64,000 nt of DNA from Diadema antillarum (Eukaryota): assembly GCF_040938485.1 (NCBI RefSeq), contig NW_027272261.1, positions 1-64,000 of the forward strand, given 5' to 3'. Made by a program: the position numbers and the translations under genes. Under the pieces are notes generated by a model. It made no database searches, had not been told where the DNA came from, and worked only from the letters and a program-made list of their open reading frames with translations. How positions within the stretch are numbered: position 1 is the first letter of the stretch; every line of letters starts with the position of its first letter. Below are positions 49,501 to 63,224 of this stretch, in pieces.

Positions 49501-52092
49501 CATTTGCGTTACACCGGTAACCCCATTTCCCTCCCCAAAAGCCTTCGACGTTTTCAACCTTGGCTATACCTTTTCCCCTAACCGTGATTAGGGCGTTCCG
49601 AGCGCCACCCGACACTCGCCTTCCCCTCGCCATGGGCCAGGACGATCGATCTTGCCTTTTCGCGTCTCTTCCGATCCATCATCTTCGCAATGGTTCTCTC
49701 GGGGACACACCGTTTGCCCTCGCTAGTCACTTCGATTGAAGATCGCTTCTCAAGGACAGGCTTGAGCAATCATGTCGCAAGAGAGAGGGGAGATAGAGAG
49801 GGAGAGATGGTGGGGGGGGGGGGATGGATGCGCGCCTGAGATACATGAAGAACATAGAAAACATGCTATTATTAGACTTAACATTTCACTGCAAGAAGAC
49901 ACGGTTTTTCAAATTGAGACAGATACATTCCAGCAAAATACATGTCACCCGAAATCTTAAAAGGAAGGTAGATATCACACCAATAATGCACATTACCCAT
50001 CGCGTTAGTAAGAAGTTATCCACTCGATAACTGGAACAATCGGGAACACACAAGGCGAAGTCGAATGTGTTTTTTACTGTTCAAAAGTTGCGGGGGTGGA
50101 TAATTCTAATACTTGCTGGGATAAATCGTACGTATACGTAAAGACATCTGGCGACTTTTACTGGGTTTCCACGATAACTGGTAACATTCATATTTTTGTT
50201 TTCGTCTCATTTCGCCTGACTCCCGTTGGCGACAGTCGCAAGATGTTATCTTTTTGTTGGTGGTCTAACTGCAAACCACTTTCACTAAAAAAAATCGTCT
50301 TCTACATTCTCCTATTGTCGCCATGTTATGCCTCCGGCTAGGTTGGAAATGTATGGGGCATGTTTGTTCATTTGCTTGCATTTCTTCCAAATCACAATAA
50401 CGACGAGCGAGAAATGTAATAAAAAGGACAACTTTTTTACGGGTCCCATTGCTCATGATGTTTATTGCGAGAAGGTCAGGTTTCTTGGGTCATGCACGTG
50501 ATCAGATGACAACGCTCTCTCTCTCTCTCCCTCTCTCTCTCTGTGTTTGTTTGTTTGTGTGTGTGTTTGTTCGTTCGTGTGTAGTTATCGGGGATATGCG
50601 AAGAATGAAGGGGAGGGTAAGTTGTAGTTAGGATGGTAATTTCATGGACATTTCAATTTCGGGTAAAACAAAAGGCGACAACAATCTAAATATCAATGGT
50701 ACGAATCATACTACGATTGTCACATGGCATTTTGCTCATTTAACCGTTTGTTAACACATAAACATAAATCCCTTGTGTTTTGAGATCAATGCTGCAACTT
50801 TCTGATACAGTAGGTTAAGGTTCATCAATAAGCAACAATTTTATTCATTTGTGCTCATTATGTGTTTTAAACATATCAAGATTAAATTTTCATGTCAAGG
50901 AACGGAAAACTATAACGGATATTTAGCGAGAAAATTATTAGCTGATAAGAATGGTCCAGATCACAGACTAAGCATACGAATTACGGGGAATGTTTCACTT
51001 AGTTTCACTTAGACTGGAAAATCCTACTGAAAATTTGATAGATCATAACTACTAAAATGTACTGTTGGAAGACATTGTGTATGATGTGTTTTTATTTATT
51101 TTTCATTACTTCCTCTTTCTTAAAAAGAAAGACCCGACAATGTAAAAATCATTGGAGTTTTGATTACCAGACATGAACCAACAAAAGAAGGGAGATGTCC
51201 TGATTCACAGAGCTTGTTGTTGTTGTTTTATAGAAAGAAAGAAGAGAGAGAGCTTCAAGATAACCACGAATGCAACAAAAGTTGTAAATTTTGTTTATGC
51301 TGATAACAGCGATCGCTTCTTTTCGAAAACTCGGGGAAACCATCAAGAAGATGGTGACATTGGCCTGAGGGTTCAGGTCTTATGAGTAGCTAATCGCTGG
51401 TAATAGCTCCACTCGTGATCACAAACGTTTATTACACGGAACGTAAAAGTAACAGAAGAGCAGCATTGTGAAGGTACTTGACATAGTAGCCCGAAGCAAG
51501 GGAAACACCGCATGCATATCAGGTTTGCTACTTCCCCGTAAAAAGTAAGTACAGTATAACCTTTCTGGCCATTTCTCCTTCACTGCCCGATATTCATAGG
51601 TCTAAATTATCAACTGAGTGCTCCATCATAAGAACATCATTGACCTTCTATAGGTCACAATGTTTTGTTTTTGTTTAGTTTTTTTTTTTTGCGCTGTCAG
51701 TGAAATTGGAGTATGCATAACTGCTGTCACGGAGAGAGAGAGAATGGCTAAAGAGGAGGAGACTTGAATGTGATACAAGCATTCTTTGCCTCACATAGGG
51801 CAGTGGGGGGGGGGGGGATCCAACGAAATGCGTATGATCAGTCATAAACCTACCACTATATTTGTGTTTGTATTACGGCTCTTTGGGAGCAGTCATTTTT
51901 TTACGGACTTATTCCCATTATCAAGGGCTGTTTTCATAAGTACAATAACAGATATCACAAAACGTCAACAAACATGGTTACCATTAGTTTATGTTTTCCG
52001 TGTCTGTTGCTGAAATGCTTACAGATTTGTAGCACAACCACCTTTCTGCTGTAAGAAAGCTGTACTGAATGTACAGTTGTAATGTCGAATGA

Positions 52093-52400
52093 GGTTCGTT
52101 AATCCGAAAATGAAATAATGTTCGTTATTCCGAAGGTTCGTTATTCTGAAACACACGAATTCCGTATACTTAGATATTCGTTAATCTAAGTATTAAAAAG
52201 GGCTGGTTAATCCTGACATTTGTGACGTTATTCCGAAGGTTCGCTATTCCAATGGTTCTTAATCTAAAAATATTTTTAAAAGTTCGTTATTCCGATGGTT
52301 CGTTAATCCGAAAATGAAAAGAAAGAGCGTACTTACGAACCTTCGGAACGTCCCTTATTTCATTTTTTTTTTGGAGATTAGGAGGCCTTCGCAATAACAA
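52093..52400. mobile_element. Modular foldback-type repeat (GGTTCGTTATTCCGAA units), same family as 1231-2353
   Basis: Multiple forward units, with reversed ACGAACCTTCGGAA-type units at the right end. Confidence 0.6.
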
Positions 52401-55400
52401 ACTATAAACGTAACGTTATGGTCCTTTACAAAAAGAGACAGGACGCAGTTATTCGTGGTCTGTATGTCACAAAGTTCTCCTCACATACATTCTCCTATAA
52501 TAGCGTGATATAAACGCCATCCGCCAGATCCACGGCAGAGAACGGTGGATAAAGTCGTAGCAATCACACAGAGTGCTTTGAGTCTACCTGGCCTGAAATG
52601 GATCGCAGCCGATACATCCCGATGGACCCATGAGAGGAGTATCCGATTACTTGGTCCTTAAATGATGCGTTCCCTCTGTCTTACCGTCGTTGGGTATCTA
52701 TCACCACCCATTAAAGAACAACTTTCAATGCAACGCTCAATTTGCTGTCTTCCCGAGCGTTCTGGTTCGGTCCTCTCCTTTCTCTATATCAATTACACAT
52801 CCTTTCTATCGCTCCCTTCCATTGTTCACCTTTAATCAGTCGGTCACCACTGTACCCCTCCCACTTCCCTCCGATACAAGGATTGGAAGATATTGGGAGA
52901 ATGGTTTCGGGGTTAGTTGAAGATCCGTTTAGTGGTTCTAGGTTTTCGAGGAAGTAGGACGTGGCTTGCACTTATCTCTAGTTTCAGGATACTATCGCCC
53001 AAAGAGAAAGAGAGAAAAAAAAAATAGAATAATTCAAACATTCTTCGACCATGCCCATCTAAACAACACCAAGAAACAACACTAATGGCACATTGAAAAA
53101 CCCTCAACACGTAAACAGAGATTCCCGCACTGGAGTAAAACTCCAAGGCCAATTTCAGACTATTAAATGAGCGCCATCCGGCATCGACCTGGCCGGGTTG
53201 ATATCAGAAGTCGTGAATTCGACACCGGAAGGAGCTGCAGGTGGCTTTGGCTTGAGCGTTTCTGGTGTGGGGCCTACTTCCGCCCAAGCTGTATCTGACC
53301 CATGACTATAAAGCAAGGCGAAGTAAGTGCCTCCTTACGCGGATAATGCGAATTCAATCTCAATAAATGTTATTGAATAGCTATTCAATCACAGCGTCCA
53401 CACCTGAGAAGCAACGTCAATCAACATGAATTATTTCAAAGTTTCATCTGACTTATTATTTATGTAACGATTTTATATTGGCACCCTAACTCATCTTTAG
53501 GTCTTTACCTGTAAAAACAAACAAACAAACATGGCACCCGTGGTCCCTGAATATTTATTTATCAATACACATTACATGCAGAGCGGAATTTGTCCTGATA
53601 ATCTAGAACCCCCTTTTGAAATATCTGTTGTGTAATAATCGACTATCCCCAACTAATTTGTACCGTACCATTACTCTGGCTTGAAGTGCCAAATATGTTG
53701 CCCAAATATGTTGAACAATAAAAACAAACACCACAGACACAGACACGCGCACACACGCGCGCGCACACCATCAGGGCGTAACATATTCTAACAAACTGGA
53801 CTGACAGTTAAATTCTTGATTTGACAGGGAGTGGTATGACTAAATTTGAGTAATTGCACCTGCGAATAACTTGTCTGCAAGGTTGGGGTCAACGAAGAAA
53901 TCCACAAGATACTTATATCTCAAGTTTATATCTACATAACGACAGAAAGGAACCCAATGGAAAAATAATGTACATTGTTTTCGTAATAATGATAACGCAT
54001 TGTAATCATATATGCTTTACATATTCAAATAACTGATTGCGTATTTGCCTAAATAGACAATGTTTTTTCACCGTGGTCTCCACACATTTAGGGTGAAACT
54101 GTCCAACTCTAAATGAAACTTGAGGAACTCAGCTTAAGCAAAGGACAGGAAGTATTTTCGAAATGAATTAAAAAGTTCAAACAGAGGCTTACTAGATGAG
54201 AAGTATTTAGAATAATTCAACATAAAATAGTTGTATCAGGAAGAAAGAATCGACTGACAGAAAATGTGGCGGCTGTCGCCAATCCGAGTCGTCAACGCAA
54301 TGCACGATGAAAGCGTTAGACTTGTTGGAAGAGGGACAAAGTGTTCTACAAATAACACTCTTTGAACGCGGCAGAGACAAAGCGAAACAGTGACCATGTG
54401 CCATGTTGCATTCCTTGCTTTATTTTCCCGACACACGCAAATACACGCTTTATAACAAAGGAATGTCCATCGTACTTGAAATTGTTTGCTTCACAATATG
54501 TGAGGTCAAGGACTTTGATGACGTCAGAAATGCCCGGATGCCTTGTCGATTTCGTCTGCTGCTTGTCATTTCTTCATGACCCCGAAGTTTGCGTGCATCA
54601 ATAATGTGTGAGTCTTATACACGTAGTGCTCAGTCTCATGTCTGCTCGGCAGAAGGAAATCAGAAGCCTTTTCTCACATCAAACTGATAGCCTCTGAATG
54701 TTTCAAACGCGTGACAAAAGAGAACGTGTGTTGTTGGCGTGCTCCTTCAGGCTGGTGCTGATTTGAACTTTCTGGTCAAATGCACACTGCTTGAAGAAAT
54801 GTGCTAAAGACCATGAAACAAAGATATCCCCCCAGATGCGCTTAATCCCCGAGCGTGATAAACCTGCACACTCACGTTTCATTTAAATGCTACTTTAAAA
54901 GAAAGAACAACATCTTATAGCAGACGTTATCAATTTGTTGCGTCTCAAGCATTTTATTCGTTGGTATTGCAGGAGATATTCTTATAGATTTGAAGGTAAA
55001 CAGCTATTTCGAATCACCACTTCTAGAGGTCAGTTACATAAGCTCAACCCAAGCTAAGCATAACAGGCGTGTAGATCATGGGTGAATTTGGCGGTCGTGT
55101 TGATATCGTACAACAAACGTAATAATTTCGACATTTTGCTTTTTGCTATAAATATCATCACAACCCCATACAGAATTTACCCAGAATTCCTCTTTTGGAA
55201 CGGACCCAAATGACGTCATCTAGGCCTATGATGTTTATAGCTATCCCACATTACCATTGACAGTTAAAGAGACTGGTGGGAAATCTGAAATTTTGTTATA
55301 TAACTGACCTTAATCACAATTTAAGTTGTAGATATAGTAGTTTGTCATATTTCCAGTGGTTTTAAACTAACCGTGACCTATCAACAGTCATATCATGCAA

Positions 55401-56740
55401 AATTTGGCTTGGAAAACTGGTTGTTGCCACGGGCACATTATACTTGGGCGTAATCTTATATCATATTGACCAGAAACTCCAAACTTGATATCTCGATATG
55501 AGAATTCTTCGATGTCAATGGGTATACCTGTTTCAAGCATTTCAATAGCAACAGTTGCATATGTTTATATCTTTCAGCATACTATGACGTAAAAATTCAA
55601 TTCCACTTCGCGTGGTGTTGGTTTTGGTGTTTGCTTGTTTTGTTTGTTTGTTTGTTTGTCTTAATGACCTAAAGGCCTACCGTACAATTCGTAATTAACT
55701 GCCGATTAAAAATCTGCAATGTTTAAAGAATGCTTGGCAAGAAAAACGGCACGTCTGCTGAAAAGCGCCAAATATTGGTTGGTTTTGCCATTTTTTCTAA
55801 TATGGCCGGTCCTGTGGGTACACTACTATAAAAAAAACCCGGTGATTCAAATGTTTTCAGCTTCTTCCTATACTTCATTCCTTTTTGTTTTCATTTCCAA
55901 GCAATATACGTGAATAACAAAAGCGTCAAAATAATGGTACATTTCTTGTCACATAGTTTATCTTGTAACGTAGCTTTTCACATTCAAAGTGTCCTTTTTT
56001 ATCCTTGTCTATCACATAATACAAGTTAATGTGAACATGAACACGTAAACTCATAGACGGAAGTATGAGTATTTTCCATGATGTATAAATCAATGCACTC
56101 AAGTTAAAAACAACTTGAATTACCATTAATACGCTTCCTGCGGAAGTTACAAGTGTTTCCCAATGGGATAAGCATGAAAGCGAGCAGTTATCAACAACAA
56201 CTTCGTTAATGGTACAGCAGGGATTAAAAATCAAGAAATTGCCTTAGCTGGAAACAAAAATGATAATGATAAAAACCCTGAAAATTGCACTTTCCTCATT
56301 TGTATCTGATCACGGAAGGTAAACAGAGCCTGACCTTCTGTTGTTGTTCTGAAAACGTATAAACAGGATAATGTATTTCGCTTGGCAAAATTATCAATAA
56401 CTCCAAGCGTCAGTTTTTTTTTTTGAACAGTAGTAAAGGGGTTAATGAGATCTGCTAGTTCCTCATTACTCAGATCGTGTGGGATGATCATGATGGGATG
56501 ATTAGCTATTCCAGCTAATGAGCGTTTGGATTTTTCTGCCTAGAATACGAGGAAATAACTTTGCTGTCCTCTAAAATTACTTCATATAAAGTGCATCGAC
56601 CCTCGCTATATCTTAACGTCTTGTGCTAATATACATTTATCTGTTTATCACTCTGTACGGAAACAAACATCAGTTAAGGCACAATCGTGACTAGTTTGAG
56701 ATGCAACTTTGGTAAGTTCTTCCCACAGCCACGTCAGACG

Positions 56741-57036
56741 GGGGTCATCCCGTGAGCTAGACACCCACGAGTCATATGGCTCATGAGCTAAACAATGAAA
56801 AAAGTCCATGAGCCATACATTCACGACTCATATACAGCCCATGAACTAGACACTATTAAAGAAAAGCAGGCCCACGAGCTAGACACTAGGCAAATAAGGC
56901 ATAGTTTGCCGCTCGTAGACCGTTAAGCTCGTGAGTCTATTTTACTTGAAGTCGAGCTCGTTGGCTGTATGACTCGTCTGCAGTACGACTCGTGGGCTGT
57001 ATGACTCGTAGGTGTCTAGCTCTTGACGTGCACCCC
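56741..57036. mobile_element. Modular foldback element, family B, copy 3
   Basis: GGGGTCATCCC ... TGACGTGCACCCC. Flanks GTCAGACG and ATCAGACT (6/8 identical) may be a decayed 8-bp TSD. Confidence 0.7.
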
Positions 57037-57791
57037 ATCAGACTGTCGTCACTGCCATGACTACAGCCTGTAATATCCTCGCCGTGTGATGACCAAGGAG
57101 TCTGTCGTGCGAGATCAACTTACGAGGCTTCGTCTCCGAAATACTTGAAGTACGGAGGAGACCCGCTCTCAGCTTATTCTACTATTCCTTTTTTATTGAC
57201 CATAGATAAGTACATGACCTGTCCATTTGAATTCTCTAATGTCTTGTCAGTGGTTGACTCGAATTTTACTCCTGTTTGACGACTCCTTAAACTCCTCCTT
57301 TTTCAAGGTCATGGTGTCATTAACACGTCACGTTTAAGTTTTTAATGTTTCGTAGACAATAATTCGTAGACAGGAACTGCTGATCTCTTTTTTCCGCCTG
57401 GCTTTACGTTTGAATATGTTCACTGAAGATACCACAGTCAACTCGCCACTCAATGTCAACTATTTCTCTTGTATGATCAATACTATTTACCAAAGAATGC
57501 CCAAATTTTAAGTTAAATAATATCTGATATATTTCTCCTCTTTATGAGGAATAAGACACAGTGAATTTAGAAAACAAACAAACAAAACTGACAAATAGCG
57601 CAGAATTGAAACCAAACTGTTACAAACGCACACAGGAATTCATTTCACCTTACACTACACTGGTGTCAATATGTTATATAAGAACGATGATGCATATGAT
57701 ATTATGTTATTATTATAGAAAAGCCCAGATAGCTTCCTTTGTTACGTGTTTAGGGGCAGAGATGGCTATATTGAATTCGTTACTCATGTAA

Positions 57792-58341
57792 AGGGATGGC
57801 ATAGTATTGGTTGAAGTAAGGATTCAGCTTTTAACTTGTTGCAAGATACTTAGAAATCACTTTATGAAATGTTAAAGAGCACACAATTCTAGTGGAATTC
57901 AAAATATATTTGATGAAAATCGATTTTGAAATGGCTGAGATATCCAAAAACAAAGTAAAACAATGCGATCCTAATAAAAGATGGGTCCAACCTTTCATTA
58001 GGATCGCTTTGTTTTGGATATCGCTGCCATTACAAGACCAATTCCATCAAATAAACTTTTAATTCCTCTTTGTTGTGCTCTTTCATACTTCATAAGATGT
58101 TTCTCTTTATCTCAATAATAGNNNNNNNNNNNNNNNNNNNNNNNNNNNNNNNNNNNNNNNNNNNNNNNNNNNNNNNNNNNNNNNNNNNNNNNNNNNNNNN
58201 NNNNNNNNNNNNNNNNNNNNNNNNNNNNNNNNNNNNNNNNNNNNNNNNNNNNNNNNNNNNNNNNNNNNNNNTAATAACCGCCAATCATTAAAAAAAGTTG
58301 GAAACCTGAACCCCCATCTCAATCTAAACTGCATCATCCCT
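57792..58341. mobile_element. TTAA/Kolobok-type MITE, copy 2 (spans a gap)
   Basis: GTAA|AGGGATGGCATAGT ... GCATCATCCCT|TTAA. The interior aligns with 23009-23396. Confidence 0.7.
58122..58271. other. Assembly gap
   Basis: Run of N. Confidence 1.
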
Positions 58342-59454
58342 TTAAAACATCCTCACCACCCCATTGGCTACCTATACGTACGAATCAAACCCCTCTCTCG
58401 TCGTGATAGAAGCACTTACTGCATGCATGAGCAGACGGGCACTGGAAGTTTGCCGTTGAGGCTCATAATATAGCTAGTATACGTGCGAAACTTTAGAGCT
58501 GTGGAATTTCGCTGGATGAATAACATGACAAGGAATGGAAGAGAGATTGTCAAGATTTTGACGTGGAAGAGAACTTCATGCACGAAAGTAAGAACAAATT
58601 AAGGAAGGAAAATTGGAGAACGAGATACGAAGAGAAAGACAAAAAGCGGAGGGAATGATAGCTGGAAACGTTAAGAAGGAAAGAAAGAGAGTGGAGAAGG
58701 AGTGGTGACTTACAGATGGGAGAGAGAGAGAGCGTTATGTCTACAAATGTGATTATTTGTCCTGCACTCACTCTATTGCTTTTATGTTTTCTCCAAACGT
58801 GAATCATTTCTTGAAGAGCACTTGACTCTCCGGTGGATTTGGAATTTTTTCTTGCGTAAGCGAAATGTTGCCATGACAACAGGAAATAAGGCTGTCTGTC
58901 TCGTAGTTCTTCTTGATCCATCACAGAAACAGAAATCGTTCGTGGAAGTTGCTACACGAGTGGACGCCTTGCTACATTGAGATTTCAATTATTTTGACTT
59001 TTTTTTAAATGAAGGTAAGCCTAATTGTCATCGCGAAAACATTTAATATCTAACAATTAAGTGGCAATAATGAGGATTGAAGTCGTTTAACATAAAAAGA
59101 AAACTTGTGTCACTTAACCATGTCATAAATGAGTAAATGATCGCTGACGATAGCATTGCTACAGATGAAAATTATACCAGAAACATAAAACAAAAAGAAG
59201 GAGAGGGGAAATATTCAACAATTATGACGGTTAGAATACAGAGTTACCATGACAATTTGCTGCCCTCCCCCCCCCCCCATGAAAAATAAGTAAAAAATAA
59301 ATGAACAACAATCCACAGAAAAATGCTGGCAGAAGTTGTTGAAGAATGTTTTCGCATGAACGTATTTAAAACAGTACCCGGTATGTTAAACAGGGATCGA
59401 GCCCTACCGTATCTCCACACTCTTTATAAGGTATGAGGATAATTTCTGCAGTTA

Positions 59455-59556
59455 TTGTCATTAATAACAAATACACAACAACTATTGCCATTACTGACAA
59501 ATAAAAACACAACAACTATTGTCATTACTGACAAACAAAAACACAACAACTATTGT
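59455..59556 (+). repeat. ~36-bp tandem repeat (about three copies)
   Basis: ACTATTGTCATTACTGACAAA(C/T)AAAAACACAACA units. Confidence 0.8.
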
Positions 59557-59838
59557 CTCGTTTATACTCTGATATTTTTTATGCACTCCTCGCAAGGGTC
59601 CCTAACCGTGAAGTGGACACCACCAGAGCGGTATCGACATATTCGATGGGCCGATATCACTTTCTTTCCTTTTTTTTTCACTTACTTCATCATTTTTTCG
59701 TGCTTATATTTTACTGTCTCGACAGTCATAATCACGTACCATGTTGCTGTGTCTGCATAGTGCAGTCCAATGTTCAAACACATGTAGCAGAATGGATAAG
59801 AGCCATCACGTGACCAGTCTTTAATTTTTTCTAACATA

Positions 59839-60128
59839 CTCTCTAAAAAAAATCGAGTGAAAATATTCACTCTTGAAGGAGTGAATACAAAAAATAGTGA
59901 ATTTAGAGTGAAATTGGAGTGAATTTCGAGTGAAAATGTTCATTTTCACTCATTATGGAGTGACGTCAGGGATCACTCGAAGATTTTGGAGTGATCCCTG
60001 ACGTCACTCTAAAACGAGTGAAAATGAACATTTTCACTCAAGATTCACTCCACTTTCACTCTAAATTCACTATTTTTTGTATTCACTCCTTTAAGAGTGA
60101 AAATTTTCACTCGATTTTTTTTAGAGAG
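59839..60128. mobile_element. 290-bp near-perfect palindromic MITE flanked by TA
   Basis: TA|CTCTCTAAAAAAAATCGAGTGAAAA ... TTTTCACTCGATTTTTTTTAGAGAG|TA. The arms are complementary nearly to the centre and built from GAGTGAA/TTCACTC units. Confidence 0.85.
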
Positions 60129-60848
60129 TACCCAGCGGTCATTAGTTTTTACCTTTGACCGCGTACTAACGACCGTTCAGAGATACGCGCATGACATCAC
60201 AACCGCATGCTTTAGCAATGCGCACTCAGTCAGTTTCAAGCGCTCGCTTAGTCAGTTACAAGCGCGCACTCAATCACCTATTTACCGTCAATAAGTTTTC
60301 ATGTTCAGCACCAGTGTGTTTGGAGCATTTCTTCGGACATTTCGGCATTTTTAGAAGCAAGTTCTACATGATAGCTGACTGGTATTTACCCATAAGATAA
60401 GGTAAGTGAAAATAGTTCATAGAACCATTTTATGATACAAATAATGCACAGGTTTAAGTTCAGAACGTTAGTGGAGATGCAGCTCACTCTCGGGTATCCG
60501 CAATGTTGTGCAACATGCACTCGGCTGCGCCTTGTGCACGTTACACCATTGTAAACACCCTCGAATACGCTGCATCTCCACTACCTCCCTCTCACCTGTG
60601 CATAATAATGTCGGGAAATTACATAATGTTGGTAGCGATTCTACTTTTGGATGGCAGATTTGGAGATGTAGGCTCTACTTAAATTTTGACAATTTTCGTT
60701 TTGTTTGTATACAGCATTGAAAAAAAGCGCTATTATCACGTTTTAACACCATTTATGTTCAAAGAGTTTGAAGGGTGATTTGCATTTGTGAATTAGAAGG
60801 AATCAATACTTAATATAGAAAAACTGAATGACGCCTGCAGAAATCGAT

Positions 60849-60853
<5 letters not shown>

Positions 60854-60897
<44 letters not shown>
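60854..60897 (+). repeat. (TA)n microsatellite
   Basis: Direct reading. Similar tracts occur near 12725 and 18090-18137. Confidence 0.95.
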
Positions 60898-60902
<5 letters not shown>

Positions 60903-63224
60903 ACTGCTGGAGCAGCTACTGTCTATGATTAAACTGAAGAATTTCGAAGTTATCTTTTTAATCTGCGCTCTTTGTCATTAGTTGCCTGGTGGATTTTAAA
61001 TGTGGATAATGCCTTCGAGAATGTGTTTTGTGCGGGTTTTTTTTTTCTGTAGAAATTTTTTACTTGTTCTATAAAACAATGTTAAATACCTTTTATATGG
61101 ACGAGTTGGTTATAAACTAATTTTGATCGCATTATCTGACTTGAATCATTCGTCTCATTTGTGTGTATTGTGACGGTGTGATTTGATCTAATATTTTGTA
61201 CGTAAACACATACGTACATGATTATAATATTATACATATATTTATCATTTTTTAAGATCATTTCGTCCACTCACCGATACATTTACGTTCAAGTAGAACC
61301 GTTGTCTAGACACTGTCTGCCAATAAACGAACATGCGCGTCTGTCTCTTGCCCTGCAAAGATAAAGGATAGGTGCAATACAGTATATGAGCGGAGTTATA
61401 TAACATTGTTCCTTTAGAAAACATTACACAAGCGAAGTAAAGTTTAGCATTGTGGTCTAGAGACTTCACTTTGGCGTGCATGAAAGCTAATATTGGTGTA
61501 GGCTCTGTAGAAAGGCACAGTACTCTCCATTAAGACTGCACGTTTAGTGTTAGTTGGAATTTCGACAAGCAATAAATAAGAAATTGTACGATTATGAATG
61601 TGTCTTTTGTTGCTGGTACGACAGAGAAGTATTTTTTTCTTTTTTTAATGGAGTTCCCTCGATGAATGTGACCCACACTGTTACCATCACATGGCGTGTC
61701 ATATTTCAGGAGAACGTAAAAGCGTGTAACGCGATAAACATATTCGAAAGTGAAACAACATGAAAAAGGCACATGCTGCCCATTAGCCCTAATCACGTGT
61801 GCTATGCTGTGCATGTTCCACACGCACAGGCGAGCGTAAGGGTCGTCTCGCCAAACATGATTGAATTAAGCTATGTTTGTTTCTGAGTAGATGGACCCCT
61901 GCCGGCGCTCGTGGCGGGTGCAGCGAGTTTCCATACCATCCCCCGTTATTCCATCAATGCGCCTGCAGAGCTACGGCATTCAACTTGGCAGTTCTCTGGC
62001 AAGTCGATGGACAGTTCTTGCCTTTCATTCATCGTGATGAAATGGGGATAAGATTTTCACCAGAGAGACCATAAAAGGGCATTGGTTTCAAAAGAAAACA
62101 TATTCCTAAATGTATGCAGCTTTGTCAATCCAATCGTCACCTAACGTAGAAATGAACAGTCCGATGAACGATATCGGAAGAATTTGGATGGAGATCAATA
62201 CTTAAAGCAAAAACAACAACTATAAACTGTGAGTGATTTTCTAATCTTCCTTCATTAAAACCTGAAACACAAACTACAAAAATCACAAAAGAAGAGATAC
62301 TTGATTATTCGAGGACATGAAACTTTTGTTTTGTTATTTTTTTTTCTTGATGGCTTTAACGGTAACATGCAACCAAGAAAAGCATCGAAGCTTACAAATA
62401 CACACTTCAGATTCCTTAAAATGCCACAAACATGCACGTCAGAAACTCGAATACAGTTCCAATTTGTAGTATGTAGGTCAGTATGAAAAAGAGAAAGAAG
62501 GTAAACACACCTACCCTTTTCTCTATCCCTCTGTGCGTATGTTTTGTGATGTGTGCCATATACTGAAATAGTTGTGTCAACAATCTAAAACCTGGCCACG
62601 CATGTAATCAAATCATGACCAGTTTACTCGTCCTCTCGGCGCAGTGTCCCGTATACAAGATTTAAGCCACGTAAACAGAGAGTGCTTACAATAAAAAATG
62701 TCGAGAATGGTAATTACGTCCGAGTCGGGTGGCGTTGAGCAAACTTGAAATCTAAAGTCATTACTTTCAACTTCTTGCGGTACCTTTGGTAAATAGAACC
62801 ATTACACTTTTTTTTTCAATGAATCGATTTGAGTAGAATATAGACGATTCTTTGCAAGGACACATTCTTCTCAAGGTGTGTACGCAGTTTCTCTCGCCAC
62901 ACACATCAATCCTATTATGGTATGCTTCAGCGCCACATGAATGTCCGCACTCCTTTACGTTGTGCATTATATCATAAAATGTTATTGTGATATCAAGATT
63001 AATCAGTATAGGAGCAGATAAAAAACAAAAAGAAAACAAAAGAAAACCAAGCAACTGTTGATACACTCTGGAACCGAGGTAAGGAATAGTCTATCCAAAT
63101 AGTGCGCAACATTTAAGTGCACTATGTTGAATAAAGAGAAATAATAATTGTGCAAGGAGAATTAACATTAGATGAAAGCATCTTATCATATAAACTAACA
63201 AAGTTATTTGATTACGCATAATCA

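Noticed and set aside
52690-52990. DIRS/YR reverse transcriptase fragment (FYRSLP...)
   Set aside because: It is a single short motif, with no YLDD-type or other RT motif in frame.
58550-58924. Death-domain exon (...LQEMIHVWRKHK...)
   Set aside because: The Trp spacing is too short for a death fold, there are no clear splice sites, and the ORF tail is CT-repeat derived.
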